In this document: positions 34,291-45,044 of the stretch, one piece after another
Layout of the letters: every line of letters starts with the position of its first letter
Numbering within the stretch: position 1 is the stretch's first letter
Assembly: GCA_011752475.1 (NCBI GenBank)
Contig: CP048747.1
Location: 77,584-141,583 of the forward strand
Length of the DNA stretch: 64,000 nt
DNA from: Buchnera aphidicola (Microlophium carnosum)
GTDB taxonomy: Bacteria; Pseudomonadota; Gammaproteobacteria; Enterobacterales; Enterobacteriaceae
Direction of reading: 5' to 3'
Notes under the pieces: generated by a model
Databases searched by the model: none
What the model was told of the DNA's origin: nothing
What the model saw: only the letters and a program-made list of their open reading frames with translations
Position numbers and translations under genes: made by a program

Positions 34291-35697
34291 ATGTCACAAC
34301 AACAAATTGGTGTTGTAGGAATGGCAGTTATGGGACGAAATTTAGCATTAAATATTGAGAGTAAAAATTATACTGTATCTATATTTAATCGAACAAGTTC
34401 AATCACAAAAGAAATAATAAATCAACATAAGAAGAAGAATATTTTTCCATATTTTTCTATTGAAGATTTTATTAATTCACTTATGAAACCAAGATGTATT
34501 TTATTAATGGTTCAATCTGGAAGAGCCACTGATGAGACTATTAAACTAATTATACCCTATTTAGAAAAAGAAGATATATTAATTGATGCAGGTAACACTT
34601 TTTATAAAGATACTATTCGAAGAAGTGAAGAATTATCTAAATACGGCATTAATTTTATTGGAATGGGAGTATCTGGAGGTGAATTAGGAGCATTACATGG
34701 TCCATCTATTATGCCAGGAGGACAAAGAACAGCATATAATCTTGTATTTCCTATATTACAAAAAATATCCGCAAAATTTAAAGGTGATTCATGTGTAAGT
34801 TATATTGGTCCAAATGGTTCAGGTCATTATGTAAAAATGATACATAATGGTATTGAATATGGTGATATGCAATTAATTTCAGAGTCATATTTTTTATTAA
34901 AAAGTTTATTAAATCTAAGTAATGAAGAATTATCATCTATATTTTCTGAATGGAATAAAGGTGAACTCAATAGTTATTTAATTGAAATAACAAAAAATAT
35001 TTTTATTAAAAAAGATCATAATGGAAAATATTTAATAGATATTATTTTAGATGTAGCTGAAGATAAAGGTACGGGTAAATGGATCAGCAAAAATGCTTTA
35101 GAATTACGAGAACCTCTTTCATTAATTACTGAATCTGTTTTTTCACGTTATTTGTCTTCTCTAAAACAACAACGTATCGCTGCATCAAAAATATTGAAAG
35201 GACCTAATATACAAGCATCGATTAAAGATAAAAATAGTTTCATTGAAGAAGTTAGACGAGCTTTGTATTTAGGGAAAATAATTTCTTATGCTCAAGGTTT
35301 TTCTCAATTAAAAAAAGCTTCAGAAAAATATAATTGGAGTTTACAATATGGAGAAATTGCTAAGATTTTTAGAGCTGGATGTATTATACGAGCCAATTTT
35401 TTAGAAAAAATAACAGAAGAATATTCGCAAAATAAAAACATAATGAATTTATTATTAACTCCTTATTTTTCAAAAGTAGCTAATGAATACGAAAGATCAT
35501 TACGTAAAATTGTTATTTATGGGGTAAAATATGGTGTTGCTATTCCAACTTTTTCTGCAGCAATATCTTATTATGATAGTTATAGAACAATAGATTTGCC
35601 AGCTAATCTTATCCAGGCTCAAAGAGATTATTTTGGTTCACATACTTATCAAAGAATAGATAAAACTGGTTACTTTCATACGAATTGGTCTGAATAA
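34291..35697 (+). CDS. gnd: 6-phosphogluconate dehydrogenase (decarboxylating)
   Basis: [24 protein letters not shown] is almost identical to E. coli Gnd. ATG 34291 after GGAGA gives 468 aa as in E. coli. The listed TTG start at 34279 is an extension. Confidence 0.95.
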   Translation: MSQQQIGVVGMAVMGRNLALNIESKNYTVSIFNRTSSITKEIINQHKKKNIFPYFSIEDFINSLMKPRCILLMVQSGRATDETIKLIIPYLEKEDILIDAGNTFYKDTIRRSEELSKYGINFIGMGVSGGELGALHGPSIMPGGQRTAYNLVFPILQKISAKFKGDSCVSYIGPNGSGHYVKMIHNGIEYGDMQLISESYFLLKSLLNLSNEELSSIFSEWNKGELNSYLIEITKNIFIKKDHNGKYLIDIILDVAEDKGTGKWISKNALELREPLSLITESVFSRYLSSLKQQRIAASKILKGPNIQASIKDKNSFIEEVRRALYLGKIISYAQGFSQLKKASEKYNWSLQYGEIAKIFRAGCIIRANFLEKITEEYSQNKNIMNLLLTPYFSKVANEYERSLRKIVIYGVKYGVAIPTFSAAISYYDSYRTIDLPANLIQAQRDYFGSHTYQRIDKTGYFHTNWSE

Positions 35698-35902
35698 AAA
35701 ATAATACTAGAATAGTTGATATTTATATATGTATCTATCATGTTTCTTATATCATGGATATTATCTTATAGTTAAAAACTAAAATAGCAGAATATATTAA
35801 AAAATATCTCTGCTATTCGATTCTATTTATTACTTGTTATATTTTTTATCGATGTTATAACATATTTTTTTTAATGACATTAATTATATTACAGGAATAA
35901 AA

Positions 35903-36484
35903 ATGCGTTTATGTGATAAAGATATTGAAGAATGGTTGAAAAGAAAAGAATTAATTATAGAACCTTATCCTGAAAAAAAATTAATTAATGGAATCACTGT
36001 TGACATACATCTGAGTAATAAATTTCGTTTTTTTTATGAACATACTAGCTCTTGTATTGATTTAAGTAATTCTAAAATAAATAAAGCGTCAGAATTAAGA
36101 GAAATTATGAGTCATGAAATAATTTTTTCTAAAGAAAAACCATTGTTTTTACAACCGAGATCTTTAGTATTATCTTCTACTTTTGAAAATATTAAAATTC
36201 CAAATAATTTAGTTGGTTGGCTAGATGGACGTTCTTCTTTAGCTCGTCTAGGACTAATGATTCATGCTACTGCACATCGGATTGATCCAGGATGGAAGGG
36301 TAATATTGTTCTAGAAATGTTTAATGCAGGAAAATTAACATTAGTATTATGTCCTCAAATGAAGATTGCCGCACTTAGTTTTGAAGTTTTATCTCAACCA
36401 GTATTACGTCCTTATAATTTAAGACAAGAAGCTAAATATAAAATTCAAAATGGAGTGGTTCCTAGTCGTATTGATAAAGAATAA
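35903..36484 (+). CDS. dcd: dCTP deaminase
   Basis: MRLCDKDIEEWL...GWLDGRSSLARLGLMIHATAHRIDPGW.G.IVLE; 193 aa. Confidence 0.94.
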   Translation: MRLCDKDIEEWLKRKELIIEPYPEKKLINGITVDIHLSNKFRFFYEHTSSCIDLSNSKINKASELREIMSHEIIFSKEKPLFLQPRSLVLSSTFENIKIPNNLVGWLDGRSSLARLGLMIHATAHRIDPGWKGNIVLEMFNAGKLTLVLCPQMKIAALSFEVLSQPVLRPYNLRQEAKYKIQNGVVPSRIDKE

Positions 36485-36627
36485 AACTTTTTATAAAAAA
36501 TATCATCTATATTTTAATTTCTTAGTTGTTTTATAAATTAATTATTAATAAAATTATTGATTTAAACTAGTAATAGTTTGTAATTATTTTTTTACATCAT
36601 ATTTTTCATTTAAAAAAATATAATATT

Positions 36628-38274
36628 ATGACAAGTGTACTTAGAAAAATTTTAGTTACCTGTGCTTTACCTTATGCAAATGGTTCGATTCATATTGGAC
36701 ATATGTTGGAACATATTCAAGCAGATATTTGGGTGCGTTATCATAGAATGCGTGGTCATGAAGTATGGTTTGTTTCCGCTGATGATGCACACGGTACTGC
36801 GATAATGTTAAAATCTAAAGATTTGGGAATATCTTCTAATGAACTGATTAAAAATATTAGAAAAGAACATCAAATAGATTTTTTAAATTTTAAAATTTCA
36901 CATGATAATTATTATTCAACTCATAGTGTAGAAAATTTATATTTATTAAGAAAAATTTTTACATGTTTGAATAAACAAGGTTTAATTAAAGAAAAACAAA
37001 TCTCTCAATTGTATGATGATGAAAAGAAAATTTTTCTTCCAGATCGATTTATCAAAGGTACATGTCCGATTTGTAGATCCAAACATCAATATGGTGATAA
37101 TTGTGAAATATGTAGTTCAACTTATGAACCTATAGATTTAATTAATCCAATATCTGTGATTTCAGGAACAAAACCTATTTTAAAAAATACAAAACATTTA
37201 TATTTTGATTTGCCTTTCTTTAGTGATATGCTGAAAATATGGATACATTCTGGTGTTTTAGAAAATTCAGTAATTAAAAAGACAGAAGAATGGTTTAAAG
37301 TAGGTTTAAAATCATGGTGTATTTCTCGAGATGCACCTTATTTTGGATTTAAAATTCCTAAATATCTTAATAAATATTTTTATGTTTGGCTTGATGCTCC
37401 TATTGGTTATATTAGTACATTCAAAAATCTTTGTTTTAAAAATAAAAAATTAAATTTTCATGAATTGTGGAATGAAAAATCTAGTTATGAACTATACCAT
37501 TTCATTGGAAAAGATATTATTTATTTTCATACTTTATTTTGGCCTGCAATATTAGAAGCTTTTTCTTTTAGAAAACCTAATAAAATTTTTGTTCATGGTT
37601 ATCTTACGATAAACGGATTGAAATTATCAAAATCACGAGGTGCTTTAATTAAAGCTAGAGATTGGATTAAATGTTTTGATTCAGATAGTTTACGTTATTA
37701 TTATGCAAGCAAGTCATCTAATAAAATTCACGATATTGAAATTAATTTAGAAGATTTTGTTTGTAAAATAAATAGTGATATTGTAAATAAATTAGTTAAT
37801 TTAGCCTCAAGAAATGCTAGTTTTATTAATAAATATTTTAATGGATATTTATCCAGTACATTAAGTGACATGAAACTATATCAATATTTTGTTAATGCAA
37901 GCAGTAATATTGAAAGTTTCTTAGAAAATCGTGAATTTAATTTTGTTGTAAGAGAATCGATGAGATTATTAGATGTAGCTAATCAATATATTAATAAAAA
38001 AAAACCATGGAAAATTGAACGAACAGAAAAAAATATTATTGAATTACAAAAAATTTGTACAATGGGTATCAATTTATTTAGAATTGTTATGATTTTTTTA
38101 AAACCAATTATACCTGATTTAGCAATGAAAACAGAATCTTTTTTACTATCAAAATTAACTTGGAACGATATTAAAAATCCACTATTATCTCACCAAATTA
38201 ATGAATTTATACCTTTATATAAAAGAATTAGTATTAAAAAAATTTTGGAATTAATTAAATTAAGTCAAGAGTAA
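36628..38274 (+). CDS. metG: Methionyl-tRNA synthetase, short form (no C-terminal tRNA-binding/dimerisation appendix)
   Basis: KILVTCALPYANGSIHIGHMLEHIQADIWVRY (HIGH), zinc knuckle CPICRS...GDNCEICS, and KLSKSRG (KMSKS variant). 548 aa versus 677 in E. coli. Confidence 0.94.
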   Translation: MTSVLRKILVTCALPYANGSIHIGHMLEHIQADIWVRYHRMRGHEVWFVSADDAHGTAIMLKSKDLGISSNELIKNIRKEHQIDFLNFKISHDNYYSTHSVENLYLLRKIFTCLNKQGLIKEKQISQLYDDEKKIFLPDRFIKGTCPICRSKHQYGDNCEICSSTYEPIDLINPISVISGTKPILKNTKHLYFDLPFFSDMLKIWIHSGVLENSVIKKTEEWFKVGLKSWCISRDAPYFGFKIPKYLNKYFYVWLDAPIGYISTFKNLCFKNKKLNFHELWNEKSSYELYHFIGKDIIYFHTLFWPAILEAFSFRKPNKIFVHGYLTINGLKLSKSRGALIKARDWIKCFDSDSLRYYYASKSSNKIHDIEINLEDFVCKINSDIVNKLVNLASRNASFINKYFNGYLSSTLSDMKLYQYFVNASSNIESFLENREFNFVVRESMRLLDVANQYINKKKPWKIERTEKNIIELQKICTMGINLFRIVMIFLKPIIPDLAMKTESFLLSKLTWNDIKNPLLSHQINEFIPLYKRISIKKILELIKLSQE

Positions 38275-38319
38275 TAAATTTTTTATTAAAATACATAATA
38301 GTTGCATTTAATAAAAATT

Positions 38320-39641
38320 TTAATAAAACGAAAATAAGTTATTATTATCTAATTTTAAATTATTTCGCCAAGATATTGTCCAGGTGTTTCTTTTTTTATT
38401 TTTTATATTAATAACAAATATTCCTATAGCGCTAATAAAGTTATTGTTATAAAACAGAAGTGGAATTTGGTTACGTAACCAGGGAGGAATATTTTTTTCT
38501 TGCCAAATTTTTTTTATTTTTCTTTTTTTATTTCTTCCTAATATTAGAATGTCTCCTTCATATTGAAAACGAATATTAATTAATTCATTATTTTCAGGTG
38601 CAGGGAGTATCATGCCATTATTATCTTTTATTAATTCTCCTAAATTATTAGGCAGTGTCAATTTTTTATTTTTGTTATGCCAAAACAATAAAGTATTTTT
38701 AATATTAGATTGTGTTTTTATAAAGTATAATGATTTCTTATAACGTCTAATTTCATGTTTTTCTAAAATTATTTTAGGATCTGCGTCTATTCGACTAAAA
38801 ATCATTTGATGATAAATACATTGTATATTTTTATAAGATGGCATTTTTATTTTTTTTAACGAGATCCAATATCTAATTAATGCTGTACATATTTCTTTTT
38901 TTATACTTTTAAAATTTTCAATATTTAAAGAATCATCAAATTTTATAAATACATGAATTTTTTCATGAAGAAAGTAATTTAGTAATATAGTTTCTTGTTG
39001 GCATATATTTGTTGTACGGAAACAATTTTTGATAAAGTAAGGCCATCTTTTTTCTAATATAGGAATAATTTTATTTCGTATAAAATTACGATCATAATCA
39101 ATATTAAAATTGCTAAAATCTTCAATCCAATGTAAATTTTTTTTTTTAGCCCATAATTTTAATTCTTTTTTTGTTTTTTTTAGAAAAGGACGAACTATTT
39201 TTTTTGTTCCAAATGAAGTTTCAAAAGACATACTAGAAAGTCCAGTAGGACCACTTCCTCTTTTTAAAGATAAAATTAATGTTTCGCATTGATCATTCAT
39301 ATGATGACCAGTGAGTAATATTTCATTAGTACATAAATGATTGTATATAATATTATATCGTTTTATTCTTAATCTTTCTTCAAGATTATTTGTGTCTTTT
39401 GCAATGTTAATATTTTCAACAATTAAAGGTATATGATTGGTATCGCAAATTTTTTTACAATGTTCTGTCCATTGTTTTGAAATTAAAGTAAGATTGTGAT
39501 TAATATGAATGGCGCGTATTGTAATACGATTTTTTTTTTTATTTCTAACAACTGATAAAGAAGCACTGTAGAATCTAATCCGCCACTATAAGCTATTAAA
39601 AATGATTTTTTTTTATATTTTTTAATAATTTTTTCGATCAA
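38320..39641 (-). pseudogene. tilS: tRNA(Ile)-lysidine synthase gene interrupted by a frameshift in an A11 tract (possibly rescued by slippage)
   Basis: The upstream frame gives ...KKSFLIAYSGGLDSTVLLYQLLEIKKK (PP-loop SGGxDS). After the T11 run at 39530-39540 (A11 on the coding strand), the other frame reads NRITIRAIHINHNLTLISKQWTEHCKKICDTNHIPLIVENI...ILLTGHHMNDQCETLILSLKRGSGP, colinear with E. coli TilS, and continues as ORF 38320..39300. The 5' start is tentative (TTG 39641). Confidence 0.8.
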
Positions 39642-39673
39642 ATAAACATTACCTATAAATTTATATTTTTTAA

Positions 39674-39747
39674 TACGTTCGAGTGGACTTGAACCACCAA
39701 CTTCTACCATGTCATGGTAGCGCTCTAACCAATTGAGCTACGAACGT
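39674..39747 (-). tRNA. tRNA-Val (anticodon GAC), 3' CCA not encoded
   Basis: The minus strand reads ACGTTCG TA GCTC AATTGGTTA GAGC G CTACC ATGACAT GGTAG AAGTT GGTGG TTCAAGT CCACT CGAACGT A. This gives a 7-bp acceptor stem, a T-loop TTCAAGT and an anticodon loop AT-GAC-AT. It is close to E. coli tRNA-Val(GAC) and is followed by TTA rather than CCA. Confidence 0.92.
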
Positions 39748-39915
39748 AAACATTAAAAAAAATTTTTCTTATTTTGTTTTACAATGTCAATTGTATATTA
39801 TTAATATAACATAAAAATACTTTTTTTTAAAATTTAAAATTAATAAAAATTTTTTGTTTTTTATATTAGAAGTATATACATATAAATTAAAAAATATTAT
39901 TTTTAAGGAGATATT

Positions 39916-40524
39916 ATGTTTACAGGTATCATAAATGGAATTGCGAGTATTGTTTCTATAGATAAAAAAAAAAATTATAGCTATACAGTTAAGATGCCAT
40001 CTATTTTATCTAAAAATTTAAAGTTAGGTGAGTCAATATCACATAATGGATGTTGTTTAACTGTAAGATTAATTAATAATTCTTATATAACATGTGATGT
40101 TGTAGAAGAAACATTAAAAATTACTAATTTAGGAATATTAGAAATTGGAGATGATATTAATATTGAGAGATCAGCAAAATATGGTGATGAAATTGGTGGT
40201 CATATTATTTCTGGTCATATTATGAATACTGCTGAGATTTCTAAAATAGTAAAGTCACATGATACTTGTATTATATGGTTAAAAATGAAAAATAAATTAT
40301 TAATGAAGTATATTTTTTGCAAAGGATTTATTTGTGTTGATGGGATTAGTCTTACTGTTAGTGATATTATTAATAATGAATTTTGTGTAAATATTATACC
40401 TCATACTTTTTCATCTACTACTATAAAAAATAAAAGTCATGGTAGTATTGTGAATATTGAAATTGATTTTTATACTCAAACAATCGTAGATACTACTGAA
40501 CGATTAATAAATAAACGTATTTAA
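39916..40524 (+). CDS. ribE: Riboflavin synthase (alpha chain)
   Basis: [18 protein letters not shown]...[13 protein letters not shown] and an internal repeat ...DGISLTV; 202 aa. Confidence 0.92.
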   Translation: MFTGIINGIASIVSIDKKKNYSYTVKMPSILSKNLKLGESISHNGCCLTVRLINNSYITCDVVEETLKITNLGILEIGDDINIERSAKYGDEIGGHIISGHIMNTAEISKIVKSHDTCIIWLKMKNKLLMKYIFCKGFICVDGISLTVSDIINNEFCVNIIPHTFSSTTIKNKSHGSIVNIEIDFYTQTIVDTTERLINKRI

Positions 40525-40611
40525 TATATTTCGTAATTTTATATGAATAATAATGTACAATGATTTGATGATTAAGAATAAAATTCATATACTTAATTGT
40601 AGGAATTATAA

Positions 40612-41193
<582 letters not shown>

Positions 41194-41195
41194 TT

Positions 41196-41699
41196 ATGTT
41201 AATACTTATTATTTTTGGTATTTTATCTTTTCTATTAGGTATTGTATTAAGCTTTGCCTCTTATAAGTTTCAATTACAAAAAGATCCTGCTATAGAAATA
41301 GTTAATACATTATTACCTCAAAGTCAATGTGCTCAATGCGGATATTCTGGATGTTATCCTTACGCAAAAGCAATCGTTAAAAATTCTGAAAAAATTAATA
41401 AATGTATTCCTGGTGGTACTGATCTTGTGTTAGAAATAGCTAATGTATTGAACCTAGAAAACCCTCAAGAGAATTTAATTGTTAATAACAATCAAAAACA
41501 AAAATATACTACTGTACAGATTGATGAAAAAAACTGTGTTGGATGTTCAAAATGCGCTATTTTTTGTCCAGTAGATGCCATAGTTGGAGCTCCTAATTTT
41601 ATGCATACAGTACTGGAAGAATTTTGTACTGGTTGTAATATTTGTTTATCACATTGTCCTACTAATTGTATTAAAATAAAAAAAGAGACGTATGAATAA
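41196..41699 (+). CDS. rnfB: Rnf/Rsx complex subunit B (Fe-S)
   Basis: [22 protein letters not shown] plus two ferredoxin motifs, [16 protein letters not shown] and [16 protein letters not shown]. Confidence 0.93.
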   Translation: MLILIIFGILSFLLGIVLSFASYKFQLQKDPAIEIVNTLLPQSQCAQCGYSGCYPYAKAIVKNSEKINKCIPGGTDLVLEIANVLNLENPQENLIVNNNQKQKYTTVQIDEKNCVGCSKCAIFCPVDAIVGAPNFMHTVLEEFCTGCNICLSHCPTNCIKIKKETYE

Positions 41700-41759
41700 T
41701 ATAAAATTAATCATAAAAAATTTTTTAAAAAAAATTTTTTCTATAAGATTCTGGGAAAA

Positions 41760-43319
41760 ATTATTGTTTTTTGTTTTCAATATAAAAAAAAATATAATTT
41801 TAAGGGTGGATTAAAATATTCTTTTAAAAAAAAACAATCTAGTAATTTATCATTAAAATCTTTACCTCTTCCTGATAAATTTTCTGTTCTTATAAAAAAT
41901 AATTGTTGTGATACAACATTGCGTGTCAAATTACACGAAAAAGTTTTACGTGGGCAACCTTTAGTTTTTGGTAATATTGTTAATGTTCCTGTTCATGCGC
42001 CAACTTCAGGTGTGATAGAGAATATTCATTTTGATTCGCATCCTGTTGAAAAATATAAAAACAGTATAAGGATTATAATTTCTTCTGATTATTTAGATAA
42101 ATGGATTAGATTAAAAAAGATCAAAAATTATAAAGAATATACTCCTGAAAAATTAATTAAAATAATTTATCAATCGGGTATTGTTGGTCTTGGAGGAGGT
42201 CAATTTTCTTCTGCAAAAAAATTAATGTTAAGTCTTAACAAAACACATACTTTAATTGTAAATGCTGTAGAAAGTGAACCTTATATAACAGCAGATAATT
42301 GTTTAATCTATAATCATATAGATGAAATTTTAATAGGATGCAAGATTATTTGTTGGATAACTAAAATTAAAATAGTTTTGATTGCTATTCAAGAAGATAG
42401 CATTCAATCAATTTTAAAAATTTATAATTTTATTAAAAATGAATCATTATTTAAAATTCGCATTATTAAAAAGAAATATCCTGGAGGTAGTAGTAAAGTA
42501 CTGATTAAATCCTTAACAGGAAAAGAAATACCTCATAAAAAACATTCTATAGATATCGGATATCTTATTTTTAATGTTGCTACAATATTTTCTATAAAAA
42601 AAGCAATTGTTAATGGAGAACCATTAACAGAACGTGTTATAACTTTTTTAGGAGATAAAAATTTTTTATCTGGTAATTTCTGGGTCAGAATTGGTACTCC
42701 GATAAAGTATTTCTTAACTAAAAATACACTGAATAAACATTTTCTTGAATCTGTATATTTAGGCGGACCATTTATGGGAAAAAGAATTGATAATATCAAT
42801 TATTCTATATTAAAGAAGACAAATTGTATTTTCATTAAATCGACAAAAGAAGAATATAAAAATATTCCTGAACAGATTTGTATTCGCTGTAGTTATTGTT
42901 CACATGTATGTCCTGTAAATTTACTTCCCCAACAACTTTATTGGTATAGTAAAACAAATAATCATGAACAAACAAAAAAACACTATATTTTAGATTGTAT
43001 TGAATGTAAAGCGTGTGAAAAGGTATGTCCGAGTCATATTCCACTAGTAAAATATTTTAAAAAAGAGAAAACAATTTTAAAGACTATTAAATTAGAGAAT
43101 GATCGTAAAAAAATATCATTAATTCGATTTAAAAAACGAGAAAAACGATTGTTAGATAATAAAAGAATAAGTAACATGGATCACAAAAATGATATTTTAG
43201 TAAAACACAGTAATTTATTTTTGATGCGACAAAAAGATGAAAAAAGTAATAATATAAAAAAAGATATGCGAAAAAAAATAATTCAAGATGCAATAGAACG
43301 TATGCAATCTAAAAAATAA
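41760..43319 (+). CDS. rnfC: Rnf/Rsx complex subunit C; true 5' end unresolved
   Basis: VLRGQPL...VPVHAPTSG, GIVGLGGGQFSS, NAVESEPYITADN, CIRCSYCSHVCP and CIECKACEKVCP match RsxC. The conserved N-terminus (…FCFQYKKKYNFKGGLKY... vs E. coli [18 protein letters not shown]) lies in the same frame upstream of the listed TTG start at 41919. That frame has no ATG/GTG/TTG between the rnfB stop and 41919. The start coordinate given here is approximate. Confidence 0.8.
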   Translation: MIVFCFQYKKKYNFKGGLKYSFKKKQSSNLSLKSLPLPDKFSVLIKNNCCDTTLRVKLHEKVLRGQPLVFGNIVNVPVHAPTSGVIENIHFDSHPVEKYKNSIRIIISSDYLDKWIRLKKIKNYKEYTPEKLIKIIYQSGIVGLGGGQFSSAKKLMLSLNKTHTLIVNAVESEPYITADNCLIYNHIDEILIGCKIICWITKIKIVLIAIQEDSIQSILKIYNFIKNESLFKIRIIKKKYPGGSSKVLIKSLTGKEIPHKKHSIDIGYLIFNVATIFSIKKAIVNGEPLTERVITFLGDKNFLSGNFWVRIGTPIKYFLTKNTLNKHFLESVYLGGPFMGKRIDNINYSILKKTNCIFIKSTKEEYKNIPEQICIRCSYCSHVCPVNLLPQQLYWYSKTNNHEQTKKHYILDCIECKACEKVCPSHIPLVKYFKKEKTILKTIKLENDRKKISLIRFKKREKRLLDNKRISNMDHKNDILVKHSNLFLMRQKDEKSNNIKKDMRKKIIQDAIERMQSKK

Positions 43320-43353
43320 ATTTTTATATTAGTATATAATTTAAGAAAAAAAA

Positions 43354-44415
43354 ATGAACTTTACTTATATATACCATATTTACAGCGTTAGAAAAATAAT
43401 GTTTTTGGTTATTATGGCTTGTATTCCAGGAATATTTGTTAAATATTATTTTTTTGGTAGCGGTACTTTGATACAAATTTTATTTTCTATATTAACTGCT
43501 TTGTTATTAGAGACTATTATTTTAAAAATGCGTTTTAAAAAACTTAAAACTAATTTACAAGACAATTCTACGATTTTAACGTCAGTTTTATTTGGAGTTA
43601 GTGTTCCTTCTTTACTTCCTTGGTGGATAGTCATTATCGGGTTATTTTTTTCTATCGTTGTTACTAAACATTTATATGGTGGTCTTGGTCAAAATATATT
43701 CAATCCAGCTATGGTTGGATATGCAGTATTATTAATATCTTTTCCAATTTACATGAATAATTGGCACGAAAGAGATTTTTCTATATCTTTTTTTGATGAT
43801 TTTAAAAAATCTACATACACTATTTTTTTAAAACATGATGCATATATGATTGATGGAACTAGTAGTGTGGATAATACTAATTTTAAAATTATTCCAGATG
43901 CTTTTACAGAAGCTACTCCTTTAGATAATTTTAAGATTAAATCTCATTTGAAAGATAATTTTTTATCAAAAGAATATATATTAAAAAACAAAAAAAATAC
44001 TATTCAAAATAGTTGGAAATATATAAATATCAGCTTTTTCTTAGGTGGTGTTTTTTTATTGTTTATACGAATAATTTGTTGGCGTATTCCGATAAGTTTT
44101 TTAACTACTTTAGGAGTTTTGTCAATGATAACTTATTTTTTTTCGCAAGAGTTATTTATGTCTCCATTAGTTCATTTTTTTTCTGGAGGAACTATGATAT
44201 GTGCATTCTTTATTGCTACTGATCCAGTAACAACTTCTTGTACTAATATAGGGAAAATAATTTTTGGCATTATTATTGGCGTTTTAGTTTGGATTATTCG
44301 AAATTATAGTGATTATCCTGATGCAATTGCTTTTTCTGTTTTATTCGCAAATATGACAGTGCCATTTATAGATCATTACACAAAAACTTCTGGATATGGT
44401 CATTATAATATATGA
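43354..44415 (+). CDS. rnfD: Rnf/Rsx complex subunit D
   Basis: 353-aa polytopic [38 protein letters not shown] and FFIATDPVT are RnfD-like. Confidence 0.92.
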   Translation: MNFTYIYHIYSVRKIMFLVIMACIPGIFVKYYFFGSGTLIQILFSILTALLLETIILKMRFKKLKTNLQDNSTILTSVLFGVSVPSLLPWWIVIIGLFFSIVVTKHLYGGLGQNIFNPAMVGYAVLLISFPIYMNNWHERDFSISFFDDFKKSTYTIFLKHDAYMIDGTSSVDNTNFKIIPDAFTEATPLDNFKIKSHLKDNFLSKEYILKNKKNTIQNSWKYINISFFLGGVFLLFIRIICWRIPISFLTTLGVLSMITYFFSQELFMSPLVHFFSGGTMICAFFIATDPVTTSCTNIGKIIFGIIIGVLVWIIRNYSDYPDAIAFSVLFANMTVPFIDHYTKTSGYGHYNI

Positions 44416-45044
44416 AAATTTTCAAAAAAATATTCAAACACGCTTTTTTAATAAGTTTTTTTTCAATTATATCCATATCTGGAACAGTATTCATAAATGA
44501 CATCACAAAAAATAAAATCATTAGTCAACGAGAAAAAGAAAAAAAAAAAATATTAGAAGAGGTTGTTCCTTCGAATATATATAATACATTTAAAAAAATA
44601 TCATATAAAATTAAAAGTAAATTATTAGGAGATTATAAAACGCATAATTTATGGTTATTGTTTAAAAATAAAAAACCTGAAGCAGCAATTGTTGAAACTA
44701 TAGCCCCTGATGGGTATTCGGGCTCTATTTACATGTTAGTAGCAGCATATTTTAATGGAAAAATTATTGGTGTAAGAGTTTTATCTCATAGGGAAACACC
44801 TGGAATTGGAGATAAAATTGAATTGTCTATTTCTGATTGGATCAGTAAATTTACTGGTATGTACGTATCTTCTATAGAAGATAAAGATTTCTCATTGAGG
44901 AAATATGGAGGAAAAATTGAACAGTTTACAGGAGCAACAATAACACCGCAATCAGTAACAAATGCTGTTAAAAGAACAGTGATTTTTATTAAAAATATAC
45001 CGTCAATGTTTGATTTTTTACATAAGGATATTCATGAATATTAA
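44412..45044 (+). CDS. rnfG: Rnf/Rsx complex subunit G
   Basis: 210 aa. [10 protein letters not shown] and [13 protein letters not shown] (FMN-binding domain). Contains an in-frame A12 tract at 44539-44550. Confidence 0.9.
   Translation: MKIFKKIFKHAFLISFFSIISISGTVFINDITKNKIISQREKEKKKILEEVVPSNIYNTFKKISYKIKSKLLGDYKTHNLWLLFKNKKPEAAIVETIAPDGYSGSIYMLVAAYFNGKIIGVRVLSHRETPGIGDKIELSISDWISKFTGMYVSSIEDKDFSLRKYGGKIEQFTGATITPQSVTNAVKRTVIFIKNIPSMFDFLHKDIHEY

Noticed and set aside
39483-39710. 75-aa ORF taken at face value as a gene starting at ATG 39710.
   Set aside because: Its first 12 codons are the T-arm and acceptor stem of tRNA-Val read as protein. The remainder is the 5' part of tilS up to the frameshift. 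It is reinterpreted as tilS 5' fragment plus tRNA.
41692-41814. 40-codon frame-1 ORF ([40 protein letters not shown]) as an independent small gene between rnfB and rnfC.
   Set aside because: The overlapping frame 3 carries the conserved RnfC N-terminus, so this is more likely part of the rnfC 5'-end problem (slippage or mis-start) than a separate gene.
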